NCBI GenBank assembly: GCA_943372655.1
Contig: CALRZP010000018.1
Coordinates: 29,094 to 93,093, forward strand
Direction of reading: 5' to 3'
DNA length: 64,000 bases
Source of the DNA: Asaia bogorensis
GTDB lineage: Bacteria; Pseudomonadota; Alphaproteobacteria; Reyranellales; Reyranellaceae
The position numbers and the translations under genes are program-made. Of this stretch, positions 7,502 through 18,138 are shown piece after piece. Position 1 is the first letter of the stretch. Every line of letters starts with the position of its first letter. A model generated the notes under the pieces. The model was given only the letters and a program-made list of their open reading frames with translations, made no database searches and had not been told where the DNA came from.

Positions 7502-10500
7502 ATGACGATCTCGTCGCTGTTCATCCGCCGGCCGCGGCTGGCGTTCGTCATCTCGACCGTCATCACCATCGCCGGCATCATCGCCATGACGGCAATGCCG
7601 GTGGCGCAGTTCCCCGACATCGTGCCGCCGCAGGTCCGCGTCACCGCGACCTATCCTGGCGCGTCGGCGCAGGCGGTCGAGGAAAGCGTGGCCCAGGTCA
7701 TCGAGGCGCAGGTCAACGGCGTCGAGCGCATGATCTACATGAAGTCGACGTCGGGCGGCGACGGCAGCTACGCACTCACCGTCAGCTTCGAGGTCGGCTC
7801 CGATCCCGACCTCAACACCGTCAACGTCAACAACAGGGTCAACCAGGCCATCGCCCTCCTGCCGCCCGAGGTTCAGCGGCTGGGCGTCACCACCAAGAAG
7901 CAATCCTCGGCGCTGCTGCAGGTCGTGGCCGTCTATTCGCCCAACGGCACGCGCGACGCGCTGTTCCTGTCGAACTTCACGACCATCACCCTGCTCGACA
8001 CGCTGCGCCGCGTGCCAGGCGTCGGCGAGGCCACGCTTTTCGGCGCGCTCGACTATTCCATGCGCATCTGGCTGAACCTCGAGCGCATGGCGAGCCTCGA
8101 CATCACGCCCAACGAGGTGGTGCAGTCGGTCCAGGCCCAGAACGTCCAGGCCGCCGTCGGTCTGGTGGGCGCGGCGCCGCTGCTCGACGATGTCAGCTTC
8201 CAGCTCAACATCACCACCCAGGGCCGCCTCGTCACGGTCGAGGAATTCGAGAACATCGTGGTGCGGGCCAAGTCCGACGGTGCGCTGGTTCGGGTCAAGG
8301 ACATCGCCCGGGTCGAGCTGGGCGCCAAGACCAGCGACCAGCTCGGCCGCTACAACGGCCAGGCCGCGGCCGGCATCCAGATCTACCAGCTGCCGGGCGC
8401 CAATGCGCTGGCCACGGCCCAGGGCGTGCGCAACGCGATCAAGGCGCTGGAGCCGCGCTTCCCCGAGGATGTCGCCTACAACGTGATGTACGACACGACG
8501 GTCTTCGTGAAGGCCACGATCGAGAGCGTGATCCACACGCTGATCGAGGCCTTCGTGCTGGTCGCGATCGTCGTCTTCATCTTCCTCGGCAACCTGCGCG
8601 CCACTCTGATTCCCATCATCGCGGTGCCGGTGGCCCTGATCGGCACCTTCGCCGTCATGCTGGCGCTCGGCTACTCGGCCAACACGATCTCGCTGCTGGC
8701 GCTGGTGCTGGCGATCGGCATCGTGGTCGACGACGCCATCGTCGTGGTCGAGGCGGTCGAGCACATCCTCGAGCACGAGCCGGAGCTCACGGTCGCCCAG
8801 GCGACCGAGAAGGCCATGGGCCAGGTCACCGGACCGATCATCGCCATCACCCTGGTGCTGCTGTCGGTGTTCATCCCGACCGCCTTCATCCCCGGCATCT
8901 CGGGCCAGCTCTACTCCCAGTTCGCCGTGGCCGTGTCGGTCTCGATGATCATCTCGGCGATCAATGCGCTCTCGCTGTCGCCGGCGCTCTGCTCGCTGAT
9001 CCTGCGCCACCGCAAGAAGCCGACCGGAATCATGGGCTGGATGCAGGGCCGCATCGACAGGACGCGCGACGGCTACACGAAGGTCGTGACGCCGCTGGCG
9101 CGGCGCGGAATCATCGCGCTCCTGCTCGTCGTGGGCTTCGCCGCCGCGACCGGCGGCATCGGCTCCATCGTCCCCTCGGGCTTCCTGCCCGACGAGGACC
9201 AGGGCGCCTTCATGGCCGAAGTGCAGCTCCCCGATGCGGCGTCGACCAACCGCACGCTCGCCGCGGTCGAGGAAGTCGAGAAGACCATCGCGAACAAGCC
9301 GTGGAAGCAGAGCGTCTTCACCGTGTCGGGCTACAGCCTGATCGACGGCCTGGCGCTGCCCAACCGTGCCCTGGTCGTTGTCGAGCTGAAGCCGTTCGAC
9401 CAGAGAAAGGACGCCTCGCTTTCGGTGTTCCAGGCGCTGAAGGAGCTGAACATCGCCTTCAGCCAGATCGCCTCCGCCAACGTCTTCGCCTTCAACCTGC
9501 CGCCCATCATGGGTCTGGGCAATTCGTCGGGCTTCGAGTTCGTGGTGCAGTCGCTGGCCGGCGCCTCGCCCACCGATCTCGCCGCCGTGGCGCGTGGCGT
9601 GATGATCTCGGCGCAGGAAGTGCCGGAGCTCGCCGGGGTCTACACGACCTACAGCGCCTCGACACCGCAGATCAACCTGAAGCTCGACCGCGAACGCGCC
9701 CAGGCGCTGGGCATATCGATCGCCGACATCTTCTCGGCGATGCAGACGGCGCTCGGCGGCGCCTACACCAACGACTTCAACCTGTTCGGCCGAACCTGGC
9801 AGGTGAAGGTGCAGGCCGATGCCTCGGACCGCAGCAAGGTGAACGACGTTTTCCGAGTGCGGGTGCGGGCGGCGAGCGGCGAGCTCGTGCCGCTGCAGGC
9901 GGTGGCGAACATCGAGATGGTCACCGCCCCCTCCTCGGTCGTGCGCTACAACAACCTGCGCTCGGTCGTGGTGAACGGGGCGCCCGCGCCGGGCTATTCC
10001 TCGGGCGACGCCATCGCCGCCATGGAAAAGCTCGCGACCCGCACCCTGCCCGCCGGCTACGGCTTCGAATGGACGGGCACGGCGCTGCAGGAAAAGGCGG
10101 CCAGCGGCCAGACCGGATTCATCCTGGGCCTCGCCGTCGTCTTCGCCTACCTGTTCCTGGTCGGCCTGTACGAGAGCACGGCGATCCCGGTGGCGGCGCT
10201 GCTGTCGGTCATCGTCGGCCTGTTCGGCGCCGTGACAGCGCTGCTCATCGCCGGGCTCGACAACAACATCTTCGCCCAGATCGGCATCGTGGTGTTGATC
10301 GCGCTCGCCGCCAAGAACGCGATCCTCATCATCGAGTTCGCGATGGCGGAGCGCGCAAAGGGTGCCGACGTCGTGACTGCGGCGACGACGGCCGCCAGCC
10401 TGCGGTTCCGCGCCGTCATGATGACCTCGTTCGCCTTCATCCTGGGCCTGGTACCGCTGGTCATCTCCTCGGGCGCCGGCGCCGCCACCCAGCGCGCCGT

Positions 10501-10663
10501 CGGTACCGCGGTGTTCGGCGGCATGATCGCCGCCTCGTTCCTCGGCATCTTCGTGATCCCGGGCCTGTACGTCGCCTTCCAGCGCTTCCGCGAGACGGTG
10601 AAGGGCTGGATGGGCGTCAAGCCGGCGGTGCCGACGGAGACACCAGCCAAGTCAGAGCACTGA
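7502..10663 (+). CDS. Efflux RND transporter permease (AcrB/MexB family)
   Basis: 1053-aa ORF. N-terminus FIRRPRLAFVISTVITIAG and 12-TM architecture typical of hydrophobe/amphiphile efflux-1 pumps. Confidence 0.9.
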   Translation: MTISSLFIRRPRLAFVISTVITIAGIIAMTAMPVAQFPDIVPPQVRVTATYPGASAQAVEESVAQVIEAQVNGVERMIYMKSTSGGDGSYALTVSFEVGSDPDLNTVNVNNRVNQAIALLPPEVQRLGVTTKKQSSALLQVVAVYSPNGTRDALFLSNFTTITLLDTLRRVPGVGEATLFGALDYSMRIWLNLERMASLDITPNEVVQSVQAQNVQAAVGLVGAAPLLDDVSFQLNITTQGRLVTVEEFENIVVRAKSDGALVRVKDIARVELGAKTSDQLGRYNGQAAAGIQIYQLPGANALATAQGVRNAIKALEPRFPEDVAYNVMYDTTVFVKATIESVIHTLIEAFVLVAIVVFIFLGNLRATLIPIIAVPVALIGTFAVMLALGYSANTISLLALVLAIGIVVDDAIVVVEAVEHILEHEPELTVAQATEKAMGQVTGPIIAITLVLLSVFIPTAFIPGISGQLYSQFAVAVSVSMIISAINALSLSPALCSLILRHRKKPTGIMGWMQGRIDRTRDGYTKVVTPLARRGIIALLLVVGFAAATGGIGSIVPSGFLPDEDQGAFMAEVQLPDAASTNRTLAAVEEVEKTIANKPWKQSVFTVSGYSLIDGLALPNRALVVVELKPFDQRKDASLSVFQALKELNIAFSQIASANVFAFNLPPIMGLGNSSGFEFVVQSLAGASPTDLAAVARGVMISAQEVPELAGVYTTYSASTPQINLKLDRERAQALGISIADIFSAMQTALGGAYTNDFNLFGRTWQVKVQADASDRSKVNDVFRVRVRAASGELVPLQAVANIEMVTAPSSVVRYNNLRSVVVNGAPAPGYSSGDAIAAMEKLATRTLPAGYGFEWTGTALQEKAASGQTGFILGLAVVFAYLFLVGLYESTAIPVAALLSVIVGLFGAVTALLIAGLDNNIFAQIGIVVLIALAAKNAILIIEFAMAERAKGADVVTAATTAASLRFRAVMMTSFAFILGLVPLVISSGAGAATQRAVGTAVFGGMIAASFLGIFVIPGLYVAFQRFRETVKGWMGVKPAVPTETPAKSEH

Positions 10664-10686
10664 GATAAAGTCGGCCAAACAGACTA

Positions 10687-10794
10687 CCTCACCCTGAGGA
10701 GGCGCGAAGCGCCGTCTCGAAGGGTGGGATACAGACGTGGTGCTCGTGCCCACCCTTCGAGACGCGCTCCTGCGGAGCGCTCCTCAGGGTGAGG
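10687..10794. repeat. Long-arm palindromic repeat, family B (copy 1)
   Basis: About 45-nt arms cctcaccctgaggagg..gtctcgaagggtggg / cccacccttcgagac..ctcctcagggtgagg. Second copy at 16747..16857. Confidence 0.8.
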
Positions 10795-10832
10795 TTGTTG
10801 CTTGAATGCAGCACCACTGGAGTGGCGCGCTC

Positions 10833-11654
10833 CTATGACTCCTTACCCGCGAGCCAGGGCGGAAGCGGTTCCGCCGTCGGCTTCTCCGGATGGGCGGCGA
10901 TTTCGTCGGCCTCGGCGCACTCGCTCTCCGACAAGATGCGGTGGGCGGCAGTCGCCTGCCGCCACGTGTCCCAGTCGGACGTCTCGCGTCCGTTCACCGA
11001 GTGGTGGTCGCGCACGACGTTGACGCGCACGAACCACAGGCCGCTCGCCTGCGAGCCATGCCCGAAGGCCATCGGATCGGCCTCTCCTGATCGGCAGCGC
11101 CTCCAGGCCTCACCGGCGGTGATGAACATGTCGTCCGGCAGGTCCGCGAGATCGAAGCCGATGCCCAGACGCGGCGCGATGATGCGATCGAGCTGGGCGT
11201 CCGCACGGCGCCAGCGCCCCTCGTGCCAGTACTCGCAGATCCAGTGATCCTCCCAGTCCCCCTTGAAGTAGGCCGCGAAGCCGCAGCGCACGCGTGCCGG
11301 CACGCCTTGCTGGCGCAGCATGCCGCACAGCATCAACGCATAGTCGCGACAGGTGCCGACCGCGCGCCGCTCCGGAGTCCGCTCCGCCGTCAGGGCGGAG
11401 CCGTCGAGATCGGCGATCTGCTCCAGCCGGCCGGCCATCGGCAAGGTCTCGCGCGACACGGTCCGGAACTGTACTTCGCCGACTCCGTAGGCCGCGAGCC
11501 AGTCGGAATGGATCAGGACGCCCTGCACGATCCGGCAGAGGGCTGCGACATCGACGGGCAATCCGTCGAAGGTCAATGAGCCAGCGCCGGGCGCCGACAT
11601 CGGGCCGTGATGTCGCCAGCGGTCGGAGTTTTCCATGGTCGTCATGGCGACCAT
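10833..11654 (-). CDS. Transglutaminase-like cysteine peptidase superfamily protein
   Basis: Cys-His-Asp core pattern (GTCRDYA .. EDHWICEYW .. RRADAQLD). Start uncertain among three nearby ATGs. Confidence 0.65.
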   Translation of the reverse strand: MVAMTTMENSDRWRHHGPMSAPGAGSLTFDGLPVDVAALCRIVQGVLIHSDWLAAYGVGEVQFRTVSRETLPMAGRLEQIADLDGSALTAERTPERRAVGTCRDYALMLCGMLRQQGVPARVRCGFAAYFKGDWEDHWICEYWHEGRWRRADAQLDRIIAPRLGIGFDLADLPDDMFITAGEAWRRCRSGEADPMAFGHGSQASGLWFVRVNVVRDHHSVNGRETSDWDTWRQATAAHRILSESECAEADEIAAHPEKPTAEPLPPWLAGKES

Positions 11655-11681
11655 GGTAACAGGTCTGCCGGGAAACCTCCC

Positions 11682-12767
<1,086 letters not shown>

Positions 12768-12894
12768 GGAGCCTCCTCTTGTATGGACTCCCGACAGCAA
12801 GCGGCATGCCAGCCGGCGCGCCGGGCACGGGCTACCCTTCCGTCCGCCGCTCGGTCATCATGCCGGGCACGAGCTGAAAAGGGGGAACGAGCGA

Positions 12895-14169
12895 ATGGCG
12901 AAATCGCCGAACAGGCTGTCGGCCAGCGAGGCCGTGCGACGGATGGGCGAGAAGCGGCTGAAGGCGCGCGACCTCGTCGAGGCCTGCCTGGAGCGCATCG
13001 ACCAGCGCGAGGGCCAGGTCCATGCCTGGGAAGCGCTCGATCCCGAGGGTGCCCGCAAACGTGCCGACCTGCTCGACAAGCGAGCCAAACCGGTCGGCCC
13101 GCTGCACGGCGTGCCGCTCGCCGTGAAGGACATCATCTCGACCAGGACGATGCCCACGACCTGCGGCTCGCCGATCTATCGCGACCATGTCGCGGGCTTC
13201 GACGCGGCCTGCGTCACACAGCTCGTGAAGGCCGGCGCCATCGTGCTCGGCAAGGCGGTCACCACCGAATTCGCCGGCGCCCATGCCGGCAAGACCCACA
13301 ATCCGCACAATCTGCGCCACACGCCGGCGGGTTCCTCTTCCGGCTCGGCGGCCGCGGTCGCCGACTTCATGGCGCCGGTCGGCTACGGCACGCAGACCGC
13401 GGGCTCGGTCATCCGGCCCGGCGCCTTCAACGGCGTGGTCGCCTACAAGGGCACCTATGGCTGGGCCGACATGACCGGCGTGAAGACCTACGCCACGTCG
13501 CTCGATACGCTGGGCTTCTTCGCCCGCGAGGCCAACGACCTCGCGCTGATCCGCGCGGCCTACGGCCACGAAGCGGCGGACCCGGTGCGTGAAGGCCCGC
13601 GCATCGGCCTGATCCGCACCCCGTGGTGGGACCTGGCCGAGCCGTACAATCAGAAGAACATCCTCGAAGCCGTCCGCACGCTGCGCGCCGCCGGCGCCAA
13701 GGTGCGCGAGTGGCAGGCGCCGGCGGACTGGGCCGGTCTGATGGAAGCGCAGCATCGCATCATGACCAAGGAGGCCACGCAGTCCTATGCCCCGGAGCGC
13801 AAGCGCTTCCCGCATCTCCTCTCCCCGGTGATGCAGCAGGGCATGATCGACGGCGACGCGGTGACGGCGAAGCAATATGCCGACGCGAAGAAGCGCAAGA
13901 AGGTTGCGGTGGCCCAGCTCGACGATGCCTGGGAGAAGTTCGACCTCCTGCTGGCGCCGTCAGCCAAGGGCGAAGCGCCGGCCGGCCTCGGCAATACGGG
14001 CGACCCGGTCTTCAACCGCTTCTGGACCCTGCTCGGTACGCCGTGCATCGCGTTGCCCTTCAACACCGGACCGTTCGGCCTGCCGCTCTCCGTACAGCTC
14101 ATCGGCAAGCATGGCAGCGACGACCAGCTCATCTCCTGGGCACGCTGGGTGGAGAGTCGTCTCTCGTGA
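12895..14169 (+). CDS. Amidase (amidase-signature family)
   Basis: Trimmed to MAKSPNRLSA. AS-family core GVPLAVKD .. GGSSSGSAAAVA-like (PAGSSSGSAAAVA) .. GTQTAGSVIRP. Confidence 0.85.
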   Translation: MAKSPNRLSASEAVRRMGEKRLKARDLVEACLERIDQREGQVHAWEALDPEGARKRADLLDKRAKPVGPLHGVPLAVKDIISTRTMPTTCGSPIYRDHVAGFDAACVTQLVKAGAIVLGKAVTTEFAGAHAGKTHNPHNLRHTPAGSSSGSAAAVADFMAPVGYGTQTAGSVIRPGAFNGVVAYKGTYGWADMTGVKTYATSLDTLGFFAREANDLALIRAAYGHEAADPVREGPRIGLIRTPWWDLAEPYNQKNILEAVRTLRAAGAKVREWQAPADWAGLMEAQHRIMTKEATQSYAPERKRFPHLLSPVMQQGMIDGDAVTAKQYADAKKRKKVAVAQLDDAWEKFDLLLAPSAKGEAPAGLGNTGDPVFNRFWTLLGTPCIALPFNTGPFGLPLSVQLIGKHGSDDQLISWARWVESRLS

Positions 14170-14969
14170 CGACCAGAGCCGCGGTCCGGCTGGGCATGAT
14201 CGGCTACGGCGCCATCGGCAAGCATGTCGAGGCGGCACTGAAGGCTGGCAGCATCGAGAACCTCGACCTTGTCGCGGCGCTGGTGAAGCGGCCGCGGCCT
14301 GAAGGAGGCTTGCTGACGCACGACCCGGATCGGTTCTTTGCCCACGCCTTCGACGCCGTGGCCGAATGCGCCGGCCATGAGGCCGTCCGCGCGCACGGGC
14401 AACGCGTGCTGGAAGGCGGCGCGGATTTCCTCGTGACATCGGTTGGCGCCTTCACCGACACGGTCCTGTTCGAGCGGCTGCTGGCGATCGCGAAGGCCAA
14501 CGGCGTGCGGCTCATCCTGCCGTCGGCCGGCATCGGCGCGCTCGACATATTGAGCAGCGCCGCGGTCGGCGGGCTGGAGAGTGTCACCGTCACGGTGCGC
14601 AAGGACCCGTCGGCCTGGAAAGGCACGATTGCGGAAACGCTGGTCGATCTCGACGGGCTGAAAGCCCCGCACACCGTCTTCGACGGGCCGGTGCGCGAGG
14701 GCGCCCGGCTCTATCCACAGAACGTCAACATCTCGGCGGCCGCGGCCATTGCCGGGCTCGGCCTCGACAGGACGCGCGTCGTCATCGTCGCCGATCCCAC
14801 CATCTCCACGCACATCGTCGAGCTCGAAGCCAGGGGCACGTTCGGCCGCTTCACCTTCATGGAAGACGTGGCCGTCAGCGAAGAGAACCGCAAGACCGGC
14901 AAGCTCGTCGCCATGGCGATGGTGAAGTCGGTGCGCCAGCTGGCATCGACCCTCGTGGTCGCCGCCTGA
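14166..14969 (+). CDS. Aspartate dehydrogenase domain protein (NadX-like)
   Basis: GTG at 14166 overlaps the amidase stop (GTGA). Rossmann motif GMIGYGAIG. C-terminal ..QNVNISAAAAIAG.. pattern of L-aspartate dehydrogenase. Confidence 0.7.
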   Translation: MTTRAAVRLGMIGYGAIGKHVEAALKAGSIENLDLVAALVKRPRPEGGLLTHDPDRFFAHAFDAVAECAGHEAVRAHGQRVLEGGADFLVTSVGAFTDTVLFERLLAIAKANGVRLILPSAGIGALDILSSAAVGGLESVTVTVRKDPSAWKGTIAETLVDLDGLKAPHTVFDGPVREGARLYPQNVNISAAAAIAGLGLDRTRVVIVADPTISTHIVELEARGTFGRFTFMEDVAVSEENRKTGKLVAMAMVKSVRQLASTLVVAA

Positions 14970-14985
14970 AGAGACGCGCTCTTAT

Positions 14986-15086
14986 GTCATCCTGAGCGCA
15001 GCGAAGGATCTCGCGCCCGACCGGGACTAGCTATCGCCAACTGTGTCTGATCGCTCGGTGAAGTCCTTCGCTGCGCTCAGGACGAC
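14986..15086. repeat. TIR-hairpin repeat, family A (copy 1)
   Basis: gtcatcctgagcgcagcgaagga ... tccttcgctgcgctcaggacgac inverted termini around a variable core. Ends 17 nt before the GMC start codon. Confidence 0.85.
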
Positions 15087-15102
15087 AAGAGGGAGAATAA
15101 AA

Positions 15103-16701
15103 ATGGAAGAGTTCGACTATGTCGTCGTCGGTGCCGGCGCCGCGGGCTGCGTGCTGGCCAATCGCCTGTCGGCCTCGGGCAAGAACACCGTCGCGGTGAT
15201 CGAGGCCGGCGGCAAGGACAACCATATCTGGATCAAGGTGCCGGCCGGCTTCAACAAGACGGTCTACAACGACAATCTCAACTGGGGCTACGAGACCGCG
15301 CCCGGCCCGCACATCGACGGTCGGAAGATCAGATTTCCGCGTGGAAAAGTGCTGGGCGGCTCGGGGTCGATCAACGGCCATCTCTATGTGCGCGGCCAGT
15401 CGGCCGACTACGACACCTGGGCACAGCTCGGCTGCCGCGGCTGGTCGTGGGACGACCTGCTGCCCTACTTCAAGCGCGCCGAGAGCCGGGTCGGCGGCAG
15501 CGACGAGGTGCGCGGCCGCTCGGGCCCGCTCAGCATCGAGGACCAGGGCGATCCGCACGACCTGTCAGATGCCTTCATGGCGGCCAACGAGGCGCTCGGG
15601 CTGAAGCGCTCGCCCGACTACAACGGCGGCGACCAGGAAGGCACGATGCTCTATCAGCAGATGATGAAGCGCGGCCGGCGATGGAGCCCCGTCGACGCCT
15701 ATCTGCGCCCCGCCATGGGCCGGCAGAACCTGAAGGTGATCACCCGCGCACTGGTCGAGCGGGTCGACCTCGAGGGCCGGAAGGCGGTCGGTGTCACCTA
15801 TCGCCAGGACGGCCAGACGAAGACGATCCGCGCGCGCCGCGACGTGATCCTGAGCGGCGGCGCCATCAACACGCCGCAGCTCCTGCAGATCTCCGGCATC
15901 GGCAACCCCGAGGACCTGAACGCCATCGGCGTCGCGGTGAAGCACGCTCTGCCCGGTGTCGGCCGCAACCTGCGCGACCACTATGCCGTGCGCGTCTCGG
16001 CGCTGGTGAAGGGCGCGGGCTCGCTGAACGAGCGCAGCCACGGGCTACGGCTGGTCGGCGAGGTGATCCGCTACGCCTTCACGCGCAAGGGCCTGCTGGC
16101 GGCCAGCCCCAGCCATGCCGGCGGATACTTCAAGACGCGGCCGGGCCTCGAGACGCCCGACATGCAGCTCTATTTCGCGCCGGCCAGCTACGCGCCCGGC
16201 AGCTATGGCACGTCTGTGCTGGATTCGGTGCCCGGCATGACGCTGGGCTGCTCGCAACTGCGGCCCGAGAGCACCGGGCATGTGAAGGCGCTGAGTTCGG
16301 ATCCCGCGGCCAAGCCCGAGATCCAGCCGAACTATCTGGCGGTCCAGCACGATCGCGACGCGCTGCTGGCGGCGATGAAGTATCTGCGCAAGCTGATCAA
16401 CACCTCGCCCCTCAAGGAGCATGTGGTCGAGGAGAACCTGCCCGGCCCCGGCGTGCAGACCGACGAACAGTGGATGGCGCATGCCCGTGCCACCGGCTCG
16501 ACGACCTATCACCCCGTGGGCACGGCGAAACTCGGCACCGATCCGATGGCCGTCGTCGATCCGCTCAGCATGCGCGTGCTCGGCCTGGAGGGGCTGCGCG
16601 TCGCCGACGCCTCCTGCATGCCCACGATGGTCTCGGGCAACACCTACGCCGCGACCAACGCCATCGCGGAAAAGGCGTCGGACTTGATTCCTGTGACGTA
16701 A
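15103..16701 (+). CDS. GMC family oxidoreductase (choline-dehydrogenase-like)
   Basis: Trimmed to MEEFDYVVVGAGAAGCVLANRLS (FAD GxGxxG). GMC signatures ..GGSGSINGHLY.. and C-terminal ..HPVGTAKLG.. Confidence 0.9.
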   Translation: MEEFDYVVVGAGAAGCVLANRLSASGKNTVAVIEAGGKDNHIWIKVPAGFNKTVYNDNLNWGYETAPGPHIDGRKIRFPRGKVLGGSGSINGHLYVRGQSADYDTWAQLGCRGWSWDDLLPYFKRAESRVGGSDEVRGRSGPLSIEDQGDPHDLSDAFMAANEALGLKRSPDYNGGDQEGTMLYQQMMKRGRRWSPVDAYLRPAMGRQNLKVITRALVERVDLEGRKAVGVTYRQDGQTKTIRARRDVILSGGAINTPQLLQISGIGNPEDLNAIGVAVKHALPGVGRNLRDHYAVRVSALVKGAGSLNERSHGLRLVGEVIRYAFTRKGLLAASPSHAGGYFKTRPGLETPDMQLYFAPASYAPGSYGTSVLDSVPGMTLGCSQLRPESTGHVKALSSDPAAKPEIQPNYLAVQHDRDALLAAMKYLRKLINTSPLKEHVVEENLPGPGVQTDEQWMAHARATGSTTYHPVGTAKLGTDPMAVVDPLSMRVLGLEGLRVADASCMPTMVSGNTYAATNAIAEKASDLIPVT

Positions 16702-16746
16702 GGGTGTTGAGGCAAGGCTTGAATCAAAGCGAACCTCCAACCACCA

Positions 16747-16857
16747 CCTCACTGAGGAGCGGTCCGCAGGACCGCGTCTCGACGGGTGGGCGCGAGCACC
16801 GCGTTTGTTGCCCATCCTTCGAGACGCCGCACTGCGTGCGGCTCCTCAGGATGAGGG
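16747..16857. repeat. Long-arm palindromic repeat, family B (copy 2)
   Basis: cctcactgaggagc..gtctcgacgggtggg / cccatccttcgagac..ctcctcaggatgagg. Related to 10687..10794. Confidence 0.8.
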
Positions 16858-16892
16858 TATGGGTCTGACTCGCGCTGGAAAGACTCTTCAGC

Positions 16893-18032
16893 TCAGACGT
16901 AGCCCGGCCCCTCGATCACCGGGTGGGCGATCAGGAACTTCTCGTCGATCTCGACGCCGATGCCGGGCTTGTCGAGCGGACGGACGTTTCCGTCCTTGCC
17001 GATCTCCCACGGCGCGCTGCCCAGCTCGTCGCGGAACTTGTTGGCCACCGAGAGGTCGGCCTCGAAGTAGCCGCCATTGTCGATCGACGCCAGGAAGTGG
17101 ATCGACACGGCGTGATTGAGGCCCGTCATCGAACTGTGCGGGTGGATCGGCAGCTTCCACATCGAAGCGGCGGCCGCGATGCGCTGGACCTCGGTGATGC
17201 CGCCGCTCTTGGAAAGATCCGGCTGCAGGATGGTGATGTTGCCGTCCTCGATGATGCGGTGGAACTCGAAGCGCGTGTAGTGGTTCTCGCCGGCCGCGAG
17301 CGGCGTCACGCCCCAGCCCTTGGCCATGGCATAGGAGCGATGGTCGTGAGCCGGAAACGGCTCTTCCAGCCAGGAGATGCCGAGCTCGTCCATCGCCGGC
17401 ATCACGCGCCGCACATCCTCGACCGTATAGCCGGTGTTGGCGTCGGTCAGCAGGACCATGTCGTCGCCGAAGCGCTTGCGCACCGCGGTCATGCGCGCGA
17501 TGTCGTTCTTGACGCTGTCGCCGACCCTGAGCTTCAGCGCCTTGTAGCCCGCCGCGACCATGGGCTCGGCCTCGTCGGCCAGCGACTCCGGCGCCTGGTA
17601 GCCCAGCGAGATGCCGCCGGCATAGGCCGGCACCGGTTTGTTGGAGCCGCCCAGCAGCTTGTAGAGCGGCCAGCCGACGGCCTTGCCCTTGATGTCCCAC
17701 AGCGCCTGGTCGAGGCCGCTCATCGCCATGGCGGTGGCGGCGCCCATGCCGTGGCTGCCGAGCTGAAACTTGTAGATCTTGGCCCAGATGCCGACCGTGT
17801 CGGTGGCGTCCATGCCGACCACGAAGCCCTTCAGGGTCGTGTTGATCAGATGCCCGATGCTGCCGGGCGAGCGCGCATGGTGGCTTTCGCCCCAGCCCAC
17901 GATCCCGTCCTCGGTCGTGACCTTGACCATCACGCAGTCGCGCTTGGTCATGGTGCCGATGCCCAGTGAAACCTGCAGCTCCTTGGGCACGCGATAGCTG
18001 GTCGGATAGGCCTTTACGTCGACGATTTTCAT
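16893..18032 (-). CDS. Enolase-superfamily enzyme (mandelate racemase/muconate lactonizing family)
   Basis: 379 aa. Metal ligands in DAN / EEP / GEN contexts, KxR (LKLRVG), and QPD..H His-Asp dyad context. Confidence 0.85.
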   Translation of the reverse strand: MKIVDVKAYPTSYRVPKELQVSLGIGTMTKRDCVMVKVTTEDGIVGWGESHHARSPGSIGHLINTTLKGFVVGMDATDTVGIWAKIYKFQLGSHGMGAATAMAMSGLDQALWDIKGKAVGWPLYKLLGGSNKPVPAYAGGISLGYQAPESLADEAEPMVAAGYKALKLRVGDSVKNDIARMTAVRKRFGDDMVLLTDANTGYTVEDVRRVMPAMDELGISWLEEPFPAHDHRSYAMAKGWGVTPLAAGENHYTRFEFHRIIEDGNITILQPDLSKSGGITEVQRIAAAASMWKLPIHPHSSMTGLNHAVSIHFLASIDNGGYFEADLSVANKFRDELGSAPWEIGKDGNVRPLDKPGIGVEIDEKFLIAHPVIEGPGYV

Positions 18033-18044
18033 ATCGGCTCCATT

Positions 18045-18133
18045 GTCATCCTGAGCGCAGCGAAGGATCTCACCGAACGATCAGGCAAGTCCTATGCGGC
18101 TGGCGCAAGGTCCTTCGCTGCGCTCAGGACGAC
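18045..18133. repeat. TIR-hairpin repeat, family A (copy 2)
   Basis: Same termini as 14986..15086 (gtcatcctgagcgcagcgaaggatc / ggtccttcgctgcgctcaggacgac). Fills the gap between the two enolase-superfamily genes. Confidence 0.85.
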
Positions 18134-18138
18134 AGAGA

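Noticed and set aside
6347-9010. 887-aa antisense ORF opposite the RND adaptor and permease genes
   Set aside because: Low-complexity Asp/Arg/Gly/His-rich translation, no SD, and fully overlapped by strongly supported genes on the other strand.
6365-10663. RND pump as an incomplete system (no outer-membrane factor or local regulator)
   Set aside because: Two-gene RND operons that borrow a TolC-like channel encoded elsewhere are common, so this is not evidence of anything unusual.
5191-10668. 1825-aa ORF on the + strand spanning the antisense of the TPR/Kazal gene and both RND pump genes
   Set aside because: Its composition is extreme Arg/Gly/Ala/Pro/His with no motifs. It is out of frame with, or antisense to, three genes that have clear family signatures. 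This is the typical stop-codon-poor shadow frame of high-GC DNA.
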